Shown here piece by piece: positions 44,444 through 54,756 of a stretch of 64,000 bases of DNA; the stretch's first letter is position 1, and each line of letters starts with the position of its first letter. Under the pieces are notes generated by a model. That model worked only from the letters and a program-made list of their open reading frames with translations. It searched no databases and was not told the origin of the DNA. The position numbers and the translations under genes are program-made. The stretch spans positions 57,511 through 121,510 of the forward strand of contig CAYVRK010000007.1 of assembly GCA_964453785.1 (NCBI GenBank), in the 5' to 3' direction. Source of the stretch: an uncultured Bacteroides sp. Its GTDB lineage: Bacteria > Bacteroidota > Bacteroidia > Bacteroidales > GCA-2748055.

Positions 44444-46630
44444 TTAACTTGAGAATAACAACTCCCTGTACTTGGGAAGAGGCCAGATCTCATCATCCAC
44501 AACAAGCTCCAGCTTATCGATATGATAGCGAATCTTTTCAAGGTAGGGTATCACAGACTTTGAATACTCCTTGGCTTTCTCCTTCTCATCTCCCAGCTTG
44601 TTGGCCACTTTTCTTGCCTCCACCATGTCATTCACGCCCATTTTAATCGTAGTCACATGGTCTGAGATCTCTTTGATCAGCTCCATCCGGTTGCCGGCAA
44701 GCTGTTCGTACTCATCACCATAGATCTGCTTCAGCCCCAGCACATTCTCAACGAGTCTGTTCTGGTATTTTACAGCCGTGGGCACAATATGATTGATGGA
44801 AAGGTCTCCAAGGACCCTGGCCTCAATCTGTATCTTCTTGGTGTACTCTTCAAACATAACCTCCACACGTCCTTCAAGCTCGGACTCAGTAAAAATACCC
44901 AGGTCAAAGAAGAGCTTTTTGGCTTTCTCGCTCAGGTATGCCGCTAGCATTTTGGGTACATCCATTTCATTGGTGAGCCCCCGCTTTGCAGCCTCCTTCA
45001 CCCAGTCCTGGCTGTAGTTATCTCCTTCAAAACGAATGGCTTTTGAAGCGATAATATTTTCGCGGAGCACCTGGAAAATAGCCTCATCCTTTTTCACGCC
45101 CTTCTCCACCAGCGCTTCAACCTCTTGCGTAAACGCCTTCAACTGTGCTGCCACTGCTGCGTTAAGAACGGTCATCGGTACAGCAGGGTTGCAACTGCCA
45201 CCTACCGCACGGAATTCAAACCTGTTCCCTGTAAAAGCAAAGGGTGAAGTCCGGTTCCTGTCCGTATTGTCAAGTAGGATCTCAGGGATCTTACCAATAT
45301 CAAGCTTCAGGGCAGTCTTCTCATCCGGCGACATCTTCTTATTAGTCACCTGTTCTTCAAGTTGATCCAGCATGGCAGAAACCTCTGTGCCCAGGAAGCA
45401 GGAGAGAATAGCAGGCGGAGCCTCATTGGCACCAAGCCGGTGGGCATTGGATGCTGATGCCACGCTTGCCAGCAACAGGTCCTGATGGTCATAGACTGCT
45501 TTAATGGTATTCACCACGAAAGTCAGAAACTGCAGATTTGATTTTGGATTTTTTCCAGGTTTGTGCAGAATCACACCCGTATCTGTAGAAAGTGACCAGT
45601 TGTTGTGCTTTCCTGTTCCGTTGATTCCCTGGAAGGGCTTCTCGTGGAACAATACACGGAAACCATGATGCCTGGATACTTTCTTCATCAGATCCATCAA
45701 CAGGACATTATGGTCTACAGCCAGGTTGCATTCCTCAAAAACCGGTGCCAGTTCATATTGGTTGGGAGCAACCTCGTTATGGCGGGTTTTAACCGGGATA
45801 CCCAGTTTATATGCTTCAGATTCCAGGTCATGCATGAATGCAGTCACCCTTTCAGGAATGGACCCGAAGTAGTGGTCATCCAACTGCTGGTCTTTGGGTG
45901 AAGCATGTCCCATCAGGGTACGCCCTGTTAATGAAAGATCGGGACGGGCATAATACAGGGCTTCATCGATCAGGAAATACTCCTGTTCCCAGCCCAGATT
46001 TGCATTTACCTTGGCAACATTCTTATCGAACAACTGGCAAACCGCTGTGGCGGCCTTGTCAACCTCATTCAGCGCCTTTAACAAGGGCGTCTTATGGTCA
46101 AGTGCTTCGCCTGTATAGGATATAAACACGGTGGGGATACTCAGGGTATTATCAATGATAAAAGCCGGTGAGGCTGGGTCCCAAGCGGTATATCCACGAG
46201 CTTCAAAAGTGTTCCGGATCCCGCCACTGGGGAAAGAAGAAGCATCAGGCTCCTGCTGGGCAAGTGCATTACCTGAGAATGCCTCGACCACGCCGCCATA
46301 ACTATTGGGCTGTATAAAAGCATCATGCTTTTCTGCAGTTCCGCCGGTAAGGGGCTGAAACCAGTGGGTATAATGCGTAGCGCCTCTTTCCGTGGCCCAG
46401 GCCTTCATACCTGAAGCAACTGAATCGGCTTTTCTCCTGTCAATGGGTGTGCCTTTTTCAATAGCATCCATCACATGATTGAAGGCATCTCTGGCAAGAT
46501 ATTTCTGCATCTTTACCTTGTCAAACACATTGATCGCATAGTAATCCGATGTCTTGTCCGAAGGAGGGGTTACGTGGACAGGTTTCCTGTCAAAAACCTT
46601 TTCCAGTGCTTTAAATCTGATAACCGCCAT
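44444..46630 (-). CDS. glnA: glutamine synthetase type III
   Basis: 728 aa, a length typical of GSIII. Contains THWFQPLTG, NVAKVNANLGWEQEYFLID and HNEVAPNQYELAPVFE. Confidence 0.93.
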   Translation of the reverse strand: MAVIRFKALEKVFDRKPVHVTPPSDKTSDYYAINVFDKVKMQKYLARDAFNHVMDAIEKGTPIDRRKADSVASGMKAWATERGATHYTHWFQPLTGGTAEKHDAFIQPNSYGGVVEAFSGNALAQQEPDASSFPSGGIRNTFEARGYTAWDPASPAFIIDNTLSIPTVFISYTGEALDHKTPLLKALNEVDKAATAVCQLFDKNVAKVNANLGWEQEYFLIDEALYYARPDLSLTGRTLMGHASPKDQQLDDHYFGSIPERVTAFMHDLESEAYKLGIPVKTRHNEVAPNQYELAPVFEECNLAVDHNVLLMDLMKKVSRHHGFRVLFHEKPFQGINGTGKHNNWSLSTDTGVILHKPGKNPKSNLQFLTFVVNTIKAVYDHQDLLLASVASASNAHRLGANEAPPAILSCFLGTEVSAMLDQLEEQVTNKKMSPDEKTALKLDIGKIPEILLDNTDRNRTSPFAFTGNRFEFRAVGGSCNPAVPMTVLNAAVAAQLKAFTQEVEALVEKGVKKDEAIFQVLRENIIASKAIRFEGDNYSQDWVKEAAKRGLTNEMDVPKMLAAYLSEKAKKLFFDLGIFTESELEGRVEVMFEEYTKKIQIEARVLGDLSINHIVPTAVKYQNRLVENVLGLKQIYGDEYEQLAGNRMELIKEISDHVTTIKMGVNDMVEARKVANKLGDEKEKAKEYSKSVIPYLEKIRYHIDKLELVVDDEIWPLPKYRELLFSS

Positions 46631-46673
46631 AACGAATGATTTAAGTTAATTTGCTAAATAGGATTTATTGCTG

Positions 46674-46681
46674 CAAATATA
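46674..46681 (-). promoter_or_regulatory. candidate -7 element (TATATTTG on minus strand) for glutamine synthetase III
   Basis: The plus strand reads CAAATATA. Lies 44 nt upstream of the start at 46630. Confidence 0.35.
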
Positions 46682-46850
46682 TATAATATTTAATTATACC
46701 CCCGTATTTTTATACTTAAAGAAAATATTTTTGCTTTTTTTCTTACAATAACCCCTTTTTAACAACCTTTTAGTGCGAATTATACGTTTTTTAATAAAAA
46801 AGCTGCCGGAAAAATCCTGCGGCTTCATACCCTATCGGTTCCTGGGATTG

Positions 46851-48221
46851 TTATTTCATTTCCTCCACATAGTATTTGTAGAAAAGCGGTATGGTCTCAA
46901 TCCCCTTATAAAAGTTGAACAAGGGATAATTCTCATTGGGAGAATGAATGGCATCCGAATCCAACCCAAAACCCATGAGGATTGATTTGATCCCCAGCAC
47001 CTCTTCAAAATCTGACACAATGGGAATACTTCCCCCACTCCTGACCGGAATAGGGGTTTTGCCAAAACTCTGTTCAATGGCTTTGCTTGCTGCACGGTAT
47101 GCCGGAAAATCGATGGGGGTTACATAGCCCTGTCCTCCATGAAGGCTTTTCACATTCACACTGGTCCCTGCTGGGGCCATGTTGTTAAAATGATCGATGA
47201 AAAGTTCATCGATCTTCTTTGAATCCTGGTTGGGCACAAGGCGCATGGAGATCTTGGCAAATGCCTTGGATGGAAGCACGGTTTTTGCCCCTTCTCCTAT
47301 ATAACCTGACCAGATCCCATTCACATCCAGACTGGGACGAATTCCCGTACGCTCGTTGGTGGTATAGCCTTCTTCACCCACAACCTCATCAATCTCCAGT
47401 GCCTTTTTATAGGCATTGAGGTCGAAAGGCACCTTGGCCATTTCTGCCCGTTCCTGGTCAGACACATCCTGGACATCATCATAAAATCCGGGAATGGTGA
47501 TGTGATTGTTCTCATCGGTCAGGGAAGCGATCATTTTGGCAAGAAGGTTGGCAGGATTGCCTACAGCGCCACCGTACAAACCTGAATGGAGATCCCTGTT
47601 TGGTCCAGTGATTTCAACTTCCATATAACTGAGTCCTCTCAGACCAACTGTAATGGAAGGGATGTCCTGGGCAATCATGGTGGTATCCGAGATTAAAATA
47701 ATATCGGCCTTCAGCAGTTCCTTGTTCTCTTTACAGAATTGTTTCAGGCTTGGAGATCCAATCTCTTCCTCCCCTTCAATCATGAACTTTACATTACAGG
47801 TCAGGGTTCCGGTCCTGTTCATCAACTCGAAAGCTTTCACATGCATAAAAAGCTGCCCCTTGTCATCATCAGCTCCACGAGCATAAATTTTCCCGTCTCT
47901 TACCTCAGGCTCGAAAGGTGGTGAATCCCAGAGATCGAAGGGTTCCGCTGGCTGAACATCGTAATGCCCGTATACCAGTACAGTAGGAAGGGAATCATCC
48001 ACCATTTTGTGTCCGTAGACTACCGGCCAGCCATCGGTCTCCTTTACCTCTGCATGGTCAGCCCCGGCTTCCAGCAGGCTTTTCCTGATGAATTCAGCGG
48101 CACGGTGCATATCCTCTCTGGCTTCATCTTTGGCACTGATGGAGGGAATCCGGATCAGGTTAAAAAGCTCATCAAGGAACCGGTCCCTGTTTGAATCTAC
48201 ATAACGCTTAATCTCTTTCAT
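46851..48221 (-). CDS. M20 family dipeptidase
   Basis: 456 aa; contains LVYGHYDVQPA, GADDDKGQ and IEGEEEIGS metal-site motifs. Confidence 0.88.
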   Translation of the reverse strand: MKEIKRYVDSNRDRFLDELFNLIRIPSISAKDEAREDMHRAAEFIRKSLLEAGADHAEVKETDGWPVVYGHKMVDDSLPTVLVYGHYDVQPAEPFDLWDSPPFEPEVRDGKIYARGADDDKGQLFMHVKAFELMNRTGTLTCNVKFMIEGEEEIGSPSLKQFCKENKELLKADIILISDTTMIAQDIPSITVGLRGLSYMEVEITGPNRDLHSGLYGGAVGNPANLLAKMIASLTDENNHITIPGFYDDVQDVSDQERAEMAKVPFDLNAYKKALEIDEVVGEEGYTTNERTGIRPSLDVNGIWSGYIGEGAKTVLPSKAFAKISMRLVPNQDSKKIDELFIDHFNNMAPAGTSVNVKSLHGGQGYVTPIDFPAYRAASKAIEQSFGKTPIPVRSGGSIPIVSDFEEVLGIKSILMGFGLDSDAIHSPNENYPLFNFYKGIETIPLFYKYYVEEMK

Positions 48222-48801
48222 TGGTATCTGTATTTGCTTGTATCAATTCACGGTATACTATTTCCATTTCATTGTAAAAGTCAGGCCCGTAAACCCTGGT
48301 GATGGAATCCTTCAAGAACCTGAATACCGGTTCACCCATTTTTTCGCCTAGGATCCTGGCAGGTTCACAAATGCCCCAACGGTGGTAGTTCAGGGCTATG
48401 GCGTTCTTCAGTTTGTTCACCCTGATGGGATAGAGATGACAGGAAGCCGGCTTTTGAAATGAGATGGATCCGTCTTCATATGCTTTTTCGATGGCACACT
48501 TTGCGATCCCATCCTCAAACACCACATAGATGCACTCCTCCCTGCCCACCAGGGGGGTCACCTGATCTCCATCATTGTCCACCACCCAGCTCCCCTGTTC
48601 ACTGACCTCACGAATACCCTCAGCCCTCATGTAGGGTTTTATCTCCGAGATATGCTTTTCAAGCATCTTTGCTTCATCATCTTCCAGAGGAGCTCCCGAA
48701 TCTCCAATTACGCAGCAATTCCCCTCACATATTTCAAGATGACAGATGAACTTTTGATCGAACAGATCCCTGCTTACAATCTTATCTCCTATCTGTATCA
48801 T
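48208..48801 (-). CDS. DUF3109 family protein
   Basis: The start is set at MIQIGDKIVSRDLFDQKFICHLEICEGNCCVIGDSGAPLE, the N-terminal signature I recall for DUF3109. The tracked longer start would overlap the divergent gene. Confidence 0.8.
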   Translation of the reverse strand: MIQIGDKIVSRDLFDQKFICHLEICEGNCCVIGDSGAPLEDDEAKMLEKHISEIKPYMRAEGIREVSEQGSWVVDNDGDQVTPLVGREECIYVVFEDGIAKCAIEKAYEDGSISFQKPASCHLYPIRVNKLKNAIALNYHRWGICEPARILGEKMGEPVFRFLKDSITRVYGPDFYNEMEIVYRELIQANTDTNERD

Positions 48802-48873
48802 GTCATTTCCGGTAAAACACAAAAATGCAAAAAATGTGGTAATGGCAGTAGAATATGTATATATCTTTACCTC

Positions 48874-49977
48874 ATGTGGCGGCATTCAGTAATACTGGTG
48901 GTCCTGGCCTGTTGCTTTTCATCTCTTCAGGCCCAATCGACATACATCAACAGGACTGACCTGATGGCTTTGGCAGATAGCTGCCTGAAGCATACCTACA
49001 ATTTCTCCTTTGTCAAGGCTCGTCATTTCCAGCAGATTCTGGATGTCAAAACACCGAACCACCCGGCCCCCCCATTCCTGGAAGCGTTGATCATCTACTG
49101 GGAACACTTTCCACTGACTCCTGATGAGCCCGAATCGGAACTATTCACTTCCATGATGGATATGAGTATAGCCCGGGCCAAAGGGATGATGGAACATGAT
49201 GCCACCCGTTTGGAGGGTATCTTTTTTGATCTGTTCAGCAGGGCCTTCAAGGCCATGTTCTGGGCCGATAATGGAAAATCCGGTAAAGTGGTCCCTGATC
49301 TCCGTACCATGTACAACCATACCAGGGAGGGCTTTGCTCTGATGGATGAATTCCCGGAATTTTACTTTTCAACCGGTCTATACAATTATTATATAGAAGC
49401 GTATCCTGTGGCTCACCCCATATACAAACCCCTTGTCTCATTCATGCAGGATGGTGACCGGGAACTGGGACTGGCCCAACTGAATCATGCCATTCAAAAC
49501 ACGGTATACCTCAGGGTGGAATCCATGTTGTTCATGTCGTTGATCCAGCTTCATTATGAAAATGACCTGAACACTGCGGCCATTTATGCCGAAAGGTTGC
49601 ACATGGAGTACCCGGCAAACATTTATTACCAGGGACTCCTGGTGACCATCCTTCTTCATCAACACCGTTACCGGCGCGTTAGGGAAATCTTGGAACGTAC
49701 CGGGAACCAGGAGGGAAATTACAATGAAATGATCAGTCAGCTGGCCAATGGATTCATGACTGAAAAAGAAACCGGAGATGACCTGACTGCAGGAAAAATG
49801 TATCAGAATGTCATTGAGCTTGCAGAAATTATTGGTCCGTTCGCAAACAGTTACAAGGCCATGGGATATATGGGTTTGTCCCGGCTTCATGAAAAAAAAG
49901 GGCTGACTGTAGAGGCAAGGAGATATGCCAGAAAGGCTTCAAATTATACAGAATACAGCTTTATTCTTGATGAGTAG
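48874..49977 (+). CDS. secreted hypothetical protein (helical/TPR-like)
   Basis: The ATG at 48874 gives a signal peptide (MWRHSVILVVLACCFSSLQAQ). The tracked start at 48652 would overlap the DUF3109 gene. No recognisable catalytic motif. Confidence 0.6.
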   Translation: MWRHSVILVVLACCFSSLQAQSTYINRTDLMALADSCLKHTYNFSFVKARHFQQILDVKTPNHPAPPFLEALIIYWEHFPLTPDEPESELFTSMMDMSIARAKGMMEHDATRLEGIFFDLFSRAFKAMFWADNGKSGKVVPDLRTMYNHTREGFALMDEFPEFYFSTGLYNYYIEAYPVAHPIYKPLVSFMQDGDRELGLAQLNHAIQNTVYLRVESMLFMSLIQLHYENDLNTAAIYAERLHMEYPANIYYQGLLVTILLHQHRYRRVREILERTGNQEGNYNEMISQLANGFMTEKETGDDLTAGKMYQNVIELAEIIGPFANSYKAMGYMGLSRLHEKKGLTVEARRYARKASNYTEYSFILDE

Positions 49978-50857
49978 ATGGCCGCCACGCAATCAGCCAC
50001 ACCCCCGCCAGGGTCATGATCCCTCCCACCAGTTGAACCCCGGAAGGGATTACCCCCAGAAATATCCAGGCAAGAATGAGGGTCCACACCCCTTTTGAAC
50101 TAATGATCAGGGAGGTTCTTGTGGCCTCAATCATTTTCAATGCCTGGTAAGCAAAGACAATGACAATCATGGTTTCAAGAAAGGATCCCAGAAGCAGGTT
50201 TCTCCATATCAGCAAGGAGATATCAAAAATTCCTGATTCCCCTCCGATCATGAACAGAATGGCCATGGCAATGGCCAGGAGCGTTGATCTGATCAGGGAC
50301 ATGTAGGCTGGATTCAAATGTTGTCTGTATTTCCTGCCTGCAATGGTCGCCAGTGCAAAGAAGAATGAGGCTGCGATCACATACAAAGCACCGGAATCCA
50401 GGAACCCGGCAAATCCTCCCTCACGGTAATTGATTACAAACACACCCAGTATGGTAACCAGGATACCTGCCATCTGAGAACCTTTGAATCTCTCCCTTAG
50501 CAGGGTCAGACCCATGATCGTTACAAATACAGGACCAATATTACCGATAAAGGAAACCACGGCGGGGTTCTCCATGGACTTTATGGACATGTAAAATAGT
50601 CCGGTTGCAGCGCCTTCCAATGCAGCAATAGCCAGTGCCACCCTGGTTTTCAATCCAAATGATGGAAAGAGGCTTTTATACTCCCTTCGAAACACGAACC
50701 ATATTCCGTTCCAAAGGACTCCCATAGAGAACCAGAGAAGCCCGAAATGGATCATGGTTACCTGGTTCAGAACCGACTTGCTGAAAACAAATGAACCTGC
50801 CAGTGCGATGGATGCACCAAATGCAAAAAGGGTGCCTGTTGCCTGGTTCCTGTTCAT
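49961..50857 (-). CDS. DMT superfamily (EamA-like) transporter
   Basis: 298 aa with ~10 hydrophobic helices in two EamA-like halves. Confidence 0.8.
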   Translation of the reverse strand: MNRNQATGTLFAFGASIALAGSFVFSKSVLNQVTMIHFGLLWFSMGVLWNGIWFVFRREYKSLFPSFGLKTRVALAIAALEGAATGLFYMSIKSMENPAVVSFIGNIGPVFVTIMGLTLLRERFKGSQMAGILVTILGVFVINYREGGFAGFLDSGALYVIAASFFFALATIAGRKYRQHLNPAYMSLIRSTLLAIAMAILFMIGGESGIFDISLLIWRNLLLGSFLETMIVIVFAYQALKMIEATRTSLIISSKGVWTLILAWIFLGVIPSGVQLVGGIMTLAGVWLIAWRPSTHQE

Positions 50858-50920
50858 TTGCTAAATTCAAGCGGAAATTGATGTTCAAAAATAGTAATTC
50901 CGTCGATACAAGAATCCTCC

Positions 50921-51562
50921 ATGATACAAATCAGGAACCCGGGCGTTGAGTCCCTCAGATCGAATCCGGCTTATCGCCTGGTCCTTGAGATCGGCTTCCA
51001 GGATATGATCCCTTTTGTGCTTAAAAATATCAGGGCAAAAGGAATTATGTCACTGGCTTACCTCATTGTGAACATAGCCATGCTCGGATTCATTGCATTT
51101 CAGATCTTCTCGGGAGTGTGGAATCACACGCTCACCCTTGGGAGTTTTCTATCTCAATCCATCACCGGGATTCTGGGGGGTAGCATTCTTGTGATCCCGT
51201 TGCACGAGAGCATACATGGTTTGGCCTATAAACTCCTGGGTGCAAAAAAGATCATCTTCGGGGCGGATCTTCAACAGTTTATCTTTTTTGTTACGGCAGA
51301 CAGGCACCCGGTATCGGGATTGCAGATCCATTTCCTGGCGCTTTTGCCATTCGTTGCTATCAATCTCACTACTTTCTCATTCATCCTGCTTCTGTTTCCA
51401 AACAACCTCCTTTTTTGTGGCTTCTTTTTGCTGAGTCATAACCTCATGTGTATCGGTGATTTTGCCATTTCCAATTACGTACAGAGGGCTAAAAACAGGC
51501 TATACTCCTTTGATGAACCTAAAGAGAAGAAGAGTTATTTCTATGAAAAGGTAAAGAATTAG
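50921..51562 (+). CDS. DUF3267 (putative zincin peptidase) membrane protein
   Basis: 213 aa with multiple TM helices and the motif PLHESIHGLAY. Confidence 0.65.
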   Translation: MIQIRNPGVESLRSNPAYRLVLEIGFQDMIPFVLKNIRAKGIMSLAYLIVNIAMLGFIAFQIFSGVWNHTLTLGSFLSQSITGILGGSILVIPLHESIHGLAYKLLGAKKIIFGADLQQFIFFVTADRHPVSGLQIHFLALLPFVAINLTTFSFILLLFPNNLLFCGFFLLSHNLMCIGDFAISNYVQRAKNRLYSFDEPKEKKSYFYEKVKN

Positions 51563-51563
51563 C

Positions 51564-52343
51564 CTACGGTTTCTCTGAATTCTCCAGAAGATACATTGCC
51601 TTTTGGGCCTTCTTTTCACTGATTCTAAAACCGGAGTCCAGCGCATACGCTTTCTTATAGCTTTCATATGCCTCTTCATAACGGCCGGTGCTCATAAAGA
51701 AATCACCCTTGGAATCATAGGGATTGGCAACATCCGGAGAGAGCCTGATGTATGTATTGAAAGCTTCCTCGGCCCGGTCATACTTTCCAAGGTTCATCAT
51801 GGCATATCCCAGCTGATTATAGGTAATTGCATAATCGGGTAGTGCTTCGATGGCCCTGTTCATGGACTCTACCGCACCCTCAACATCTTTCATGTACAGG
51901 AACTGATAATTGTACAGAATCTTATGAATATAAGGATCCATGGGATAGAGGTCAACAGCTTTCTTCAGATGTATGACCGCTTCATCCTCCTGCCCGTCCA
52001 GCATATATTTAAAAGCTGTTTTAATCTCTTTCTCCCCGTCATTCAGATCCGCTTCGGATTGAAAGGCCTTCTCCGCTACTTTTACCGGACTCTTGCCCGA
52101 CATAAAATAGATCCAGAAATAGGCCATAAAAAAATCCGGATCTTCTTTTACAGCCATTTCAAGATTATAGAAAGCAAGCTCAAACTTGACCTGATCAAAA
52201 GCCAGCATTCCGGTTTCATACAACTCAAGTGCAAGATCCGAATCAGTGGTAACAGTCATCCTGGATGCTGATTCGTTTTTTGTGCAGGAAGAAATGACAA
52301 GAAAGGACATAAAAATCACCGAGGCTAAAATTACTATCCTCAT
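51564..52343 (-). CDS. TPR-repeat lipoprotein
   Basis: The start is set at MRIVILASVIFMSFLVISSC (lipobox). TPR-like repeats (YNQLGYAMMNLGKYDRAEEAFNTYIRL, YDSKGDFFMSTGRYEEAYESYKKAYAL). Confidence 0.7.
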   Translation of the reverse strand: MRIVILASVIFMSFLVISSCTKNESASRMTVTTDSDLALELYETGMLAFDQVKFELAFYNLEMAVKEDPDFFMAYFWIYFMSGKSPVKVAEKAFQSEADLNDGEKEIKTAFKYMLDGQEDEAVIHLKKAVDLYPMDPYIHKILYNYQFLYMKDVEGAVESMNRAIEALPDYAITYNQLGYAMMNLGKYDRAEEAFNTYIRLSPDVANPYDSKGDFFMSTGRYEEAYESYKKAYALDSGFRISEKKAQKAMYLLENSEKP

Positions 52344-52458
52344 AACAAATAAATTTTCCAATCTTACGTCCGATTCAAAAATAGCACTTTTCCCAACCAA
52401 AGGCAAATTAGCTAAGTGCAGGTTCCGGTTTTAACCGGGAGGAGTGTTTTTTGGACAG

Positions 52459-52947
52459 TCAAAGGCGTTCATATTCAGCAATGATCTCTTTTACATCATC
52501 CGGGGCAACCCTTCCATATGTTTTGTCGCCTACCTGAACCACAGGGGCCAGTCCGCATGCACCGACACAACGAAGACAACTCAATGAAAACCTTCCATCT
52601 GTGCTGGTTTCACCCACCTCAATTTCCAGCTGTTTTTTAAATTCACTGAGGACCTTCTCCGCACCCCTTACGTAGCACGCAGTACCGGTACAAATTGATA
52701 TGGGATGTTCACCCCTTGGGGTCATGGTGAAGAAGGAGTAAAAGGTAACCACACCATACACTTTTGCAGCCGGAATCTTCATTTTTTCTGAAATGACCTC
52801 CTGAACCTCGGCAGGTAGATAACCGAAGGTCTCCTGGCACTTGTGCAACACGCTGATCAAATTTCCTGGCTGGTTGTCAAAGGAATCACATATGGCATGG
52901 ATCTTATCAACCTGGTCCTGTCTGAGTTCTATCTTAACACTTGACAT
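52459..52947 (-). CDS. NuoE-like [2Fe-2S] subunit of [FeFe]-hydrogenase complex (HydC/HndA-type)
   Basis: Thioredoxin-like 2Fe-2S Cys pattern (ICTGTACYVRG ... SCLRCVGACGLAP). The start is set at MSSVKIEL (52947). Confidence 0.88.
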   Translation of the reverse strand: MSSVKIELRQDQVDKIHAICDSFDNQPGNLISVLHKCQETFGYLPAEVQEVISEKMKIPAAKVYGVVTFYSFFTMTPRGEHPISICTGTACYVRGAEKVLSEFKKQLEIEVGETSTDGRFSLSCLRCVGACGLAPVVQVGDKTYGRVAPDDVKEIIAEYERL

Positions 52948-52969
52948 AACTATATGATCTTGAAAACAA

Positions 52970-54754
52970 TTAAATCTGGAAAATCTTTTTACGCTTATCG
53001 AAATAGTGGGTGTGCAAAAGTACATGTGCCTTTTCGCTCAATGGTTCGCCCAGGAATTCATCGTATAGCTTCACGATGTATGGATTCTCATGGGATTTCC
53101 TGATGGTTTTTCCTTCATCCTCCCTGTAGATGGCTCTGGTCCTGGCCTGAAGAATGGAGGAATCTCCATGGTGGAGGGGCTGGCCACCACCTCCAATGCA
53201 CCCCCCGGGGCAGGCCATCACCTCAATGGCGTGGTACTGGGATCTCCCTGCTTTCACATCATCCAGTAATTTTCGTGCATTACCCAATCCATGTGCTATG
53301 CCTATTTTGATATTCAATCCGTCAAAATCAACAGTCGCAGACCGGATCCCATCCATTCCCCTGAGCTGTTCAAAGTCAACTTTTTCGAGCGTTTTCCCGG
53401 TATAAAGTTCATAGGCTGTCCGGGTGGCCGCTTCAATGACACCACCGGTGGCCCCAAAGATCACTGCTGCGCCTGAAGACTCTCCCAGCGGGGCATCAAA
53501 CTCATCCTCCTCCAGTTTATTGAGATCCATGTTGGCCTGCTTGATCAGGTGGGCCAGTTCGCGGGTAGAGATGCTGTAGTCCACATCCGGGTTTCCATCC
53601 ACCGAAAACTCTTCACGCTGGCATTCATATTTTTTGGCGAGGCAGGGCATGATGGAAATAACCACCAAATCTTTCCTGTTCACCTTGATCTTATCAGCAA
53701 AATAGGTTTTGGCTATGGCACCGAACATCTGCTGGGGAGAACGGGCAGTGGAAGGCACGTCCTTCAATTCGGGATAATTGTGCTCAAAGAAGTTCACCCA
53801 TCCCGGGCAGCAGGATGTAAGGATGGGAAGTTTCACACGCTCATCACCCTCCAGGTGCCTTTTTAAACGTCCCAGCAGTTCGGTTCCCTCCTCCATGATG
53901 GTCAGGTCGGCAGCAAAATCGGTATCAAACACATAATCAAATCCAAGCTGTTTGAGAGCTGTAACCATCTGGCCGGTTACCCTTGTTCCGGGCTCCATTC
54001 CAAACTCTTCTCCAAGAGCTGCCCTGACTGCCGGAGCTGTCTGTACAATTACTGTTTTAGAGGGATCATTCAATGCTGCAATAACTTTGCCTGTATGATC
54101 CACTTCAGTCAGTGCCCCTGTGGGACAAACAGCCACACACTGTCCGCAATAAGTACAGGGCGAATGCTCCAGGTTCATCTCAAAGGCCGGAGCGACCACG
54201 GCATTGAAACCCCGGTTCACTGCGTGCAAGGCCCCCACGGTCTGGAAATCATTACACATGGTTTCACACCTCCGGCACATGATGCATTTATCCAGATCCC
54301 TGATAATGGAAGGGGAAGTGTCGAGACGGTAAGTTGACATCTCAGCATATTCCTGTCCCGGAATTTCCCTGATTCCAAGCTTTATTGCCATGTTCTGCAG
54401 GTCGCAGCTACCAGATTTTGGACAAGAGAGGCAATCCTTGGGGTGATCCGACAGGATCAGTTCCATCACCGTTCTGCGCGCATTGATCACCCGCATGCTG
54501 TTGGTTCTTACGACCATGCCTTGGGCCACATCTGTGGAACATGAAGGAGCCAGATTTTTCCTGCCCTCTACCTCCACTGAACATATTCTGCAGCCGCCGG
54601 GTTTATTCTCTATATTCAAATCTTTCAGATCCATGTAGCAAAGGATGGGTATCTCTATGCCCAACTCTTTTGCTGCTTTGTAGATGGTGGTTCCAGCCGG
54701 AACCTCCAGTTGATGACCATCTATGGTTATTTTTACAGGACTCATTGCTTTCAT
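52970..54754 (-). CDS. hydA: [FeFe]-hydrogenase catalytic subunit (group A, HydA/HndD-type)
   Basis: N-terminal 2Fe-2S ferredoxin-like domain and two 4Fe-4S motifs (CIMCRRCETMC, CTYCGQCVAVCP). H-cluster motifs TSCCPGW, MPCLAKKYE and EVMACPGGCIGGGGQP. Confidence 0.95.
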   Translation of the reverse strand: MKAMSPVKITIDGHQLEVPAGTTIYKAAKELGIEIPILCYMDLKDLNIENKPGGCRICSVEVEGRKNLAPSCSTDVAQGMVVRTNSMRVINARRTVMELILSDHPKDCLSCPKSGSCDLQNMAIKLGIREIPGQEYAEMSTYRLDTSPSIIRDLDKCIMCRRCETMCNDFQTVGALHAVNRGFNAVVAPAFEMNLEHSPCTYCGQCVAVCPTGALTEVDHTGKVIAALNDPSKTVIVQTAPAVRAALGEEFGMEPGTRVTGQMVTALKQLGFDYVFDTDFAADLTIMEEGTELLGRLKRHLEGDERVKLPILTSCCPGWVNFFEHNYPELKDVPSTARSPQQMFGAIAKTYFADKIKVNRKDLVVISIMPCLAKKYECQREEFSVDGNPDVDYSISTRELAHLIKQANMDLNKLEEDEFDAPLGESSGAAVIFGATGGVIEAATRTAYELYTGKTLEKVDFEQLRGMDGIRSATVDFDGLNIKIGIAHGLGNARKLLDDVKAGRSQYHAIEVMACPGGCIGGGGQPLHHGDSSILQARTRAIYREDEGKTIRKSHENPYIVKLYDEFLGEPLSEKAHVLLHTHYFDKRKKIFQI

Positions 54755-54756
54755 TG

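Noticed and set aside
48652-48873. N-terminal extension of the 441-aa tracked ORF, overlapping the DUF3109 gene.
   Set aside because: The internal ATG at 48874 yields a clean signal peptide and removes a 150-230 nt divergent overlap. The extension has no sensible protein features.
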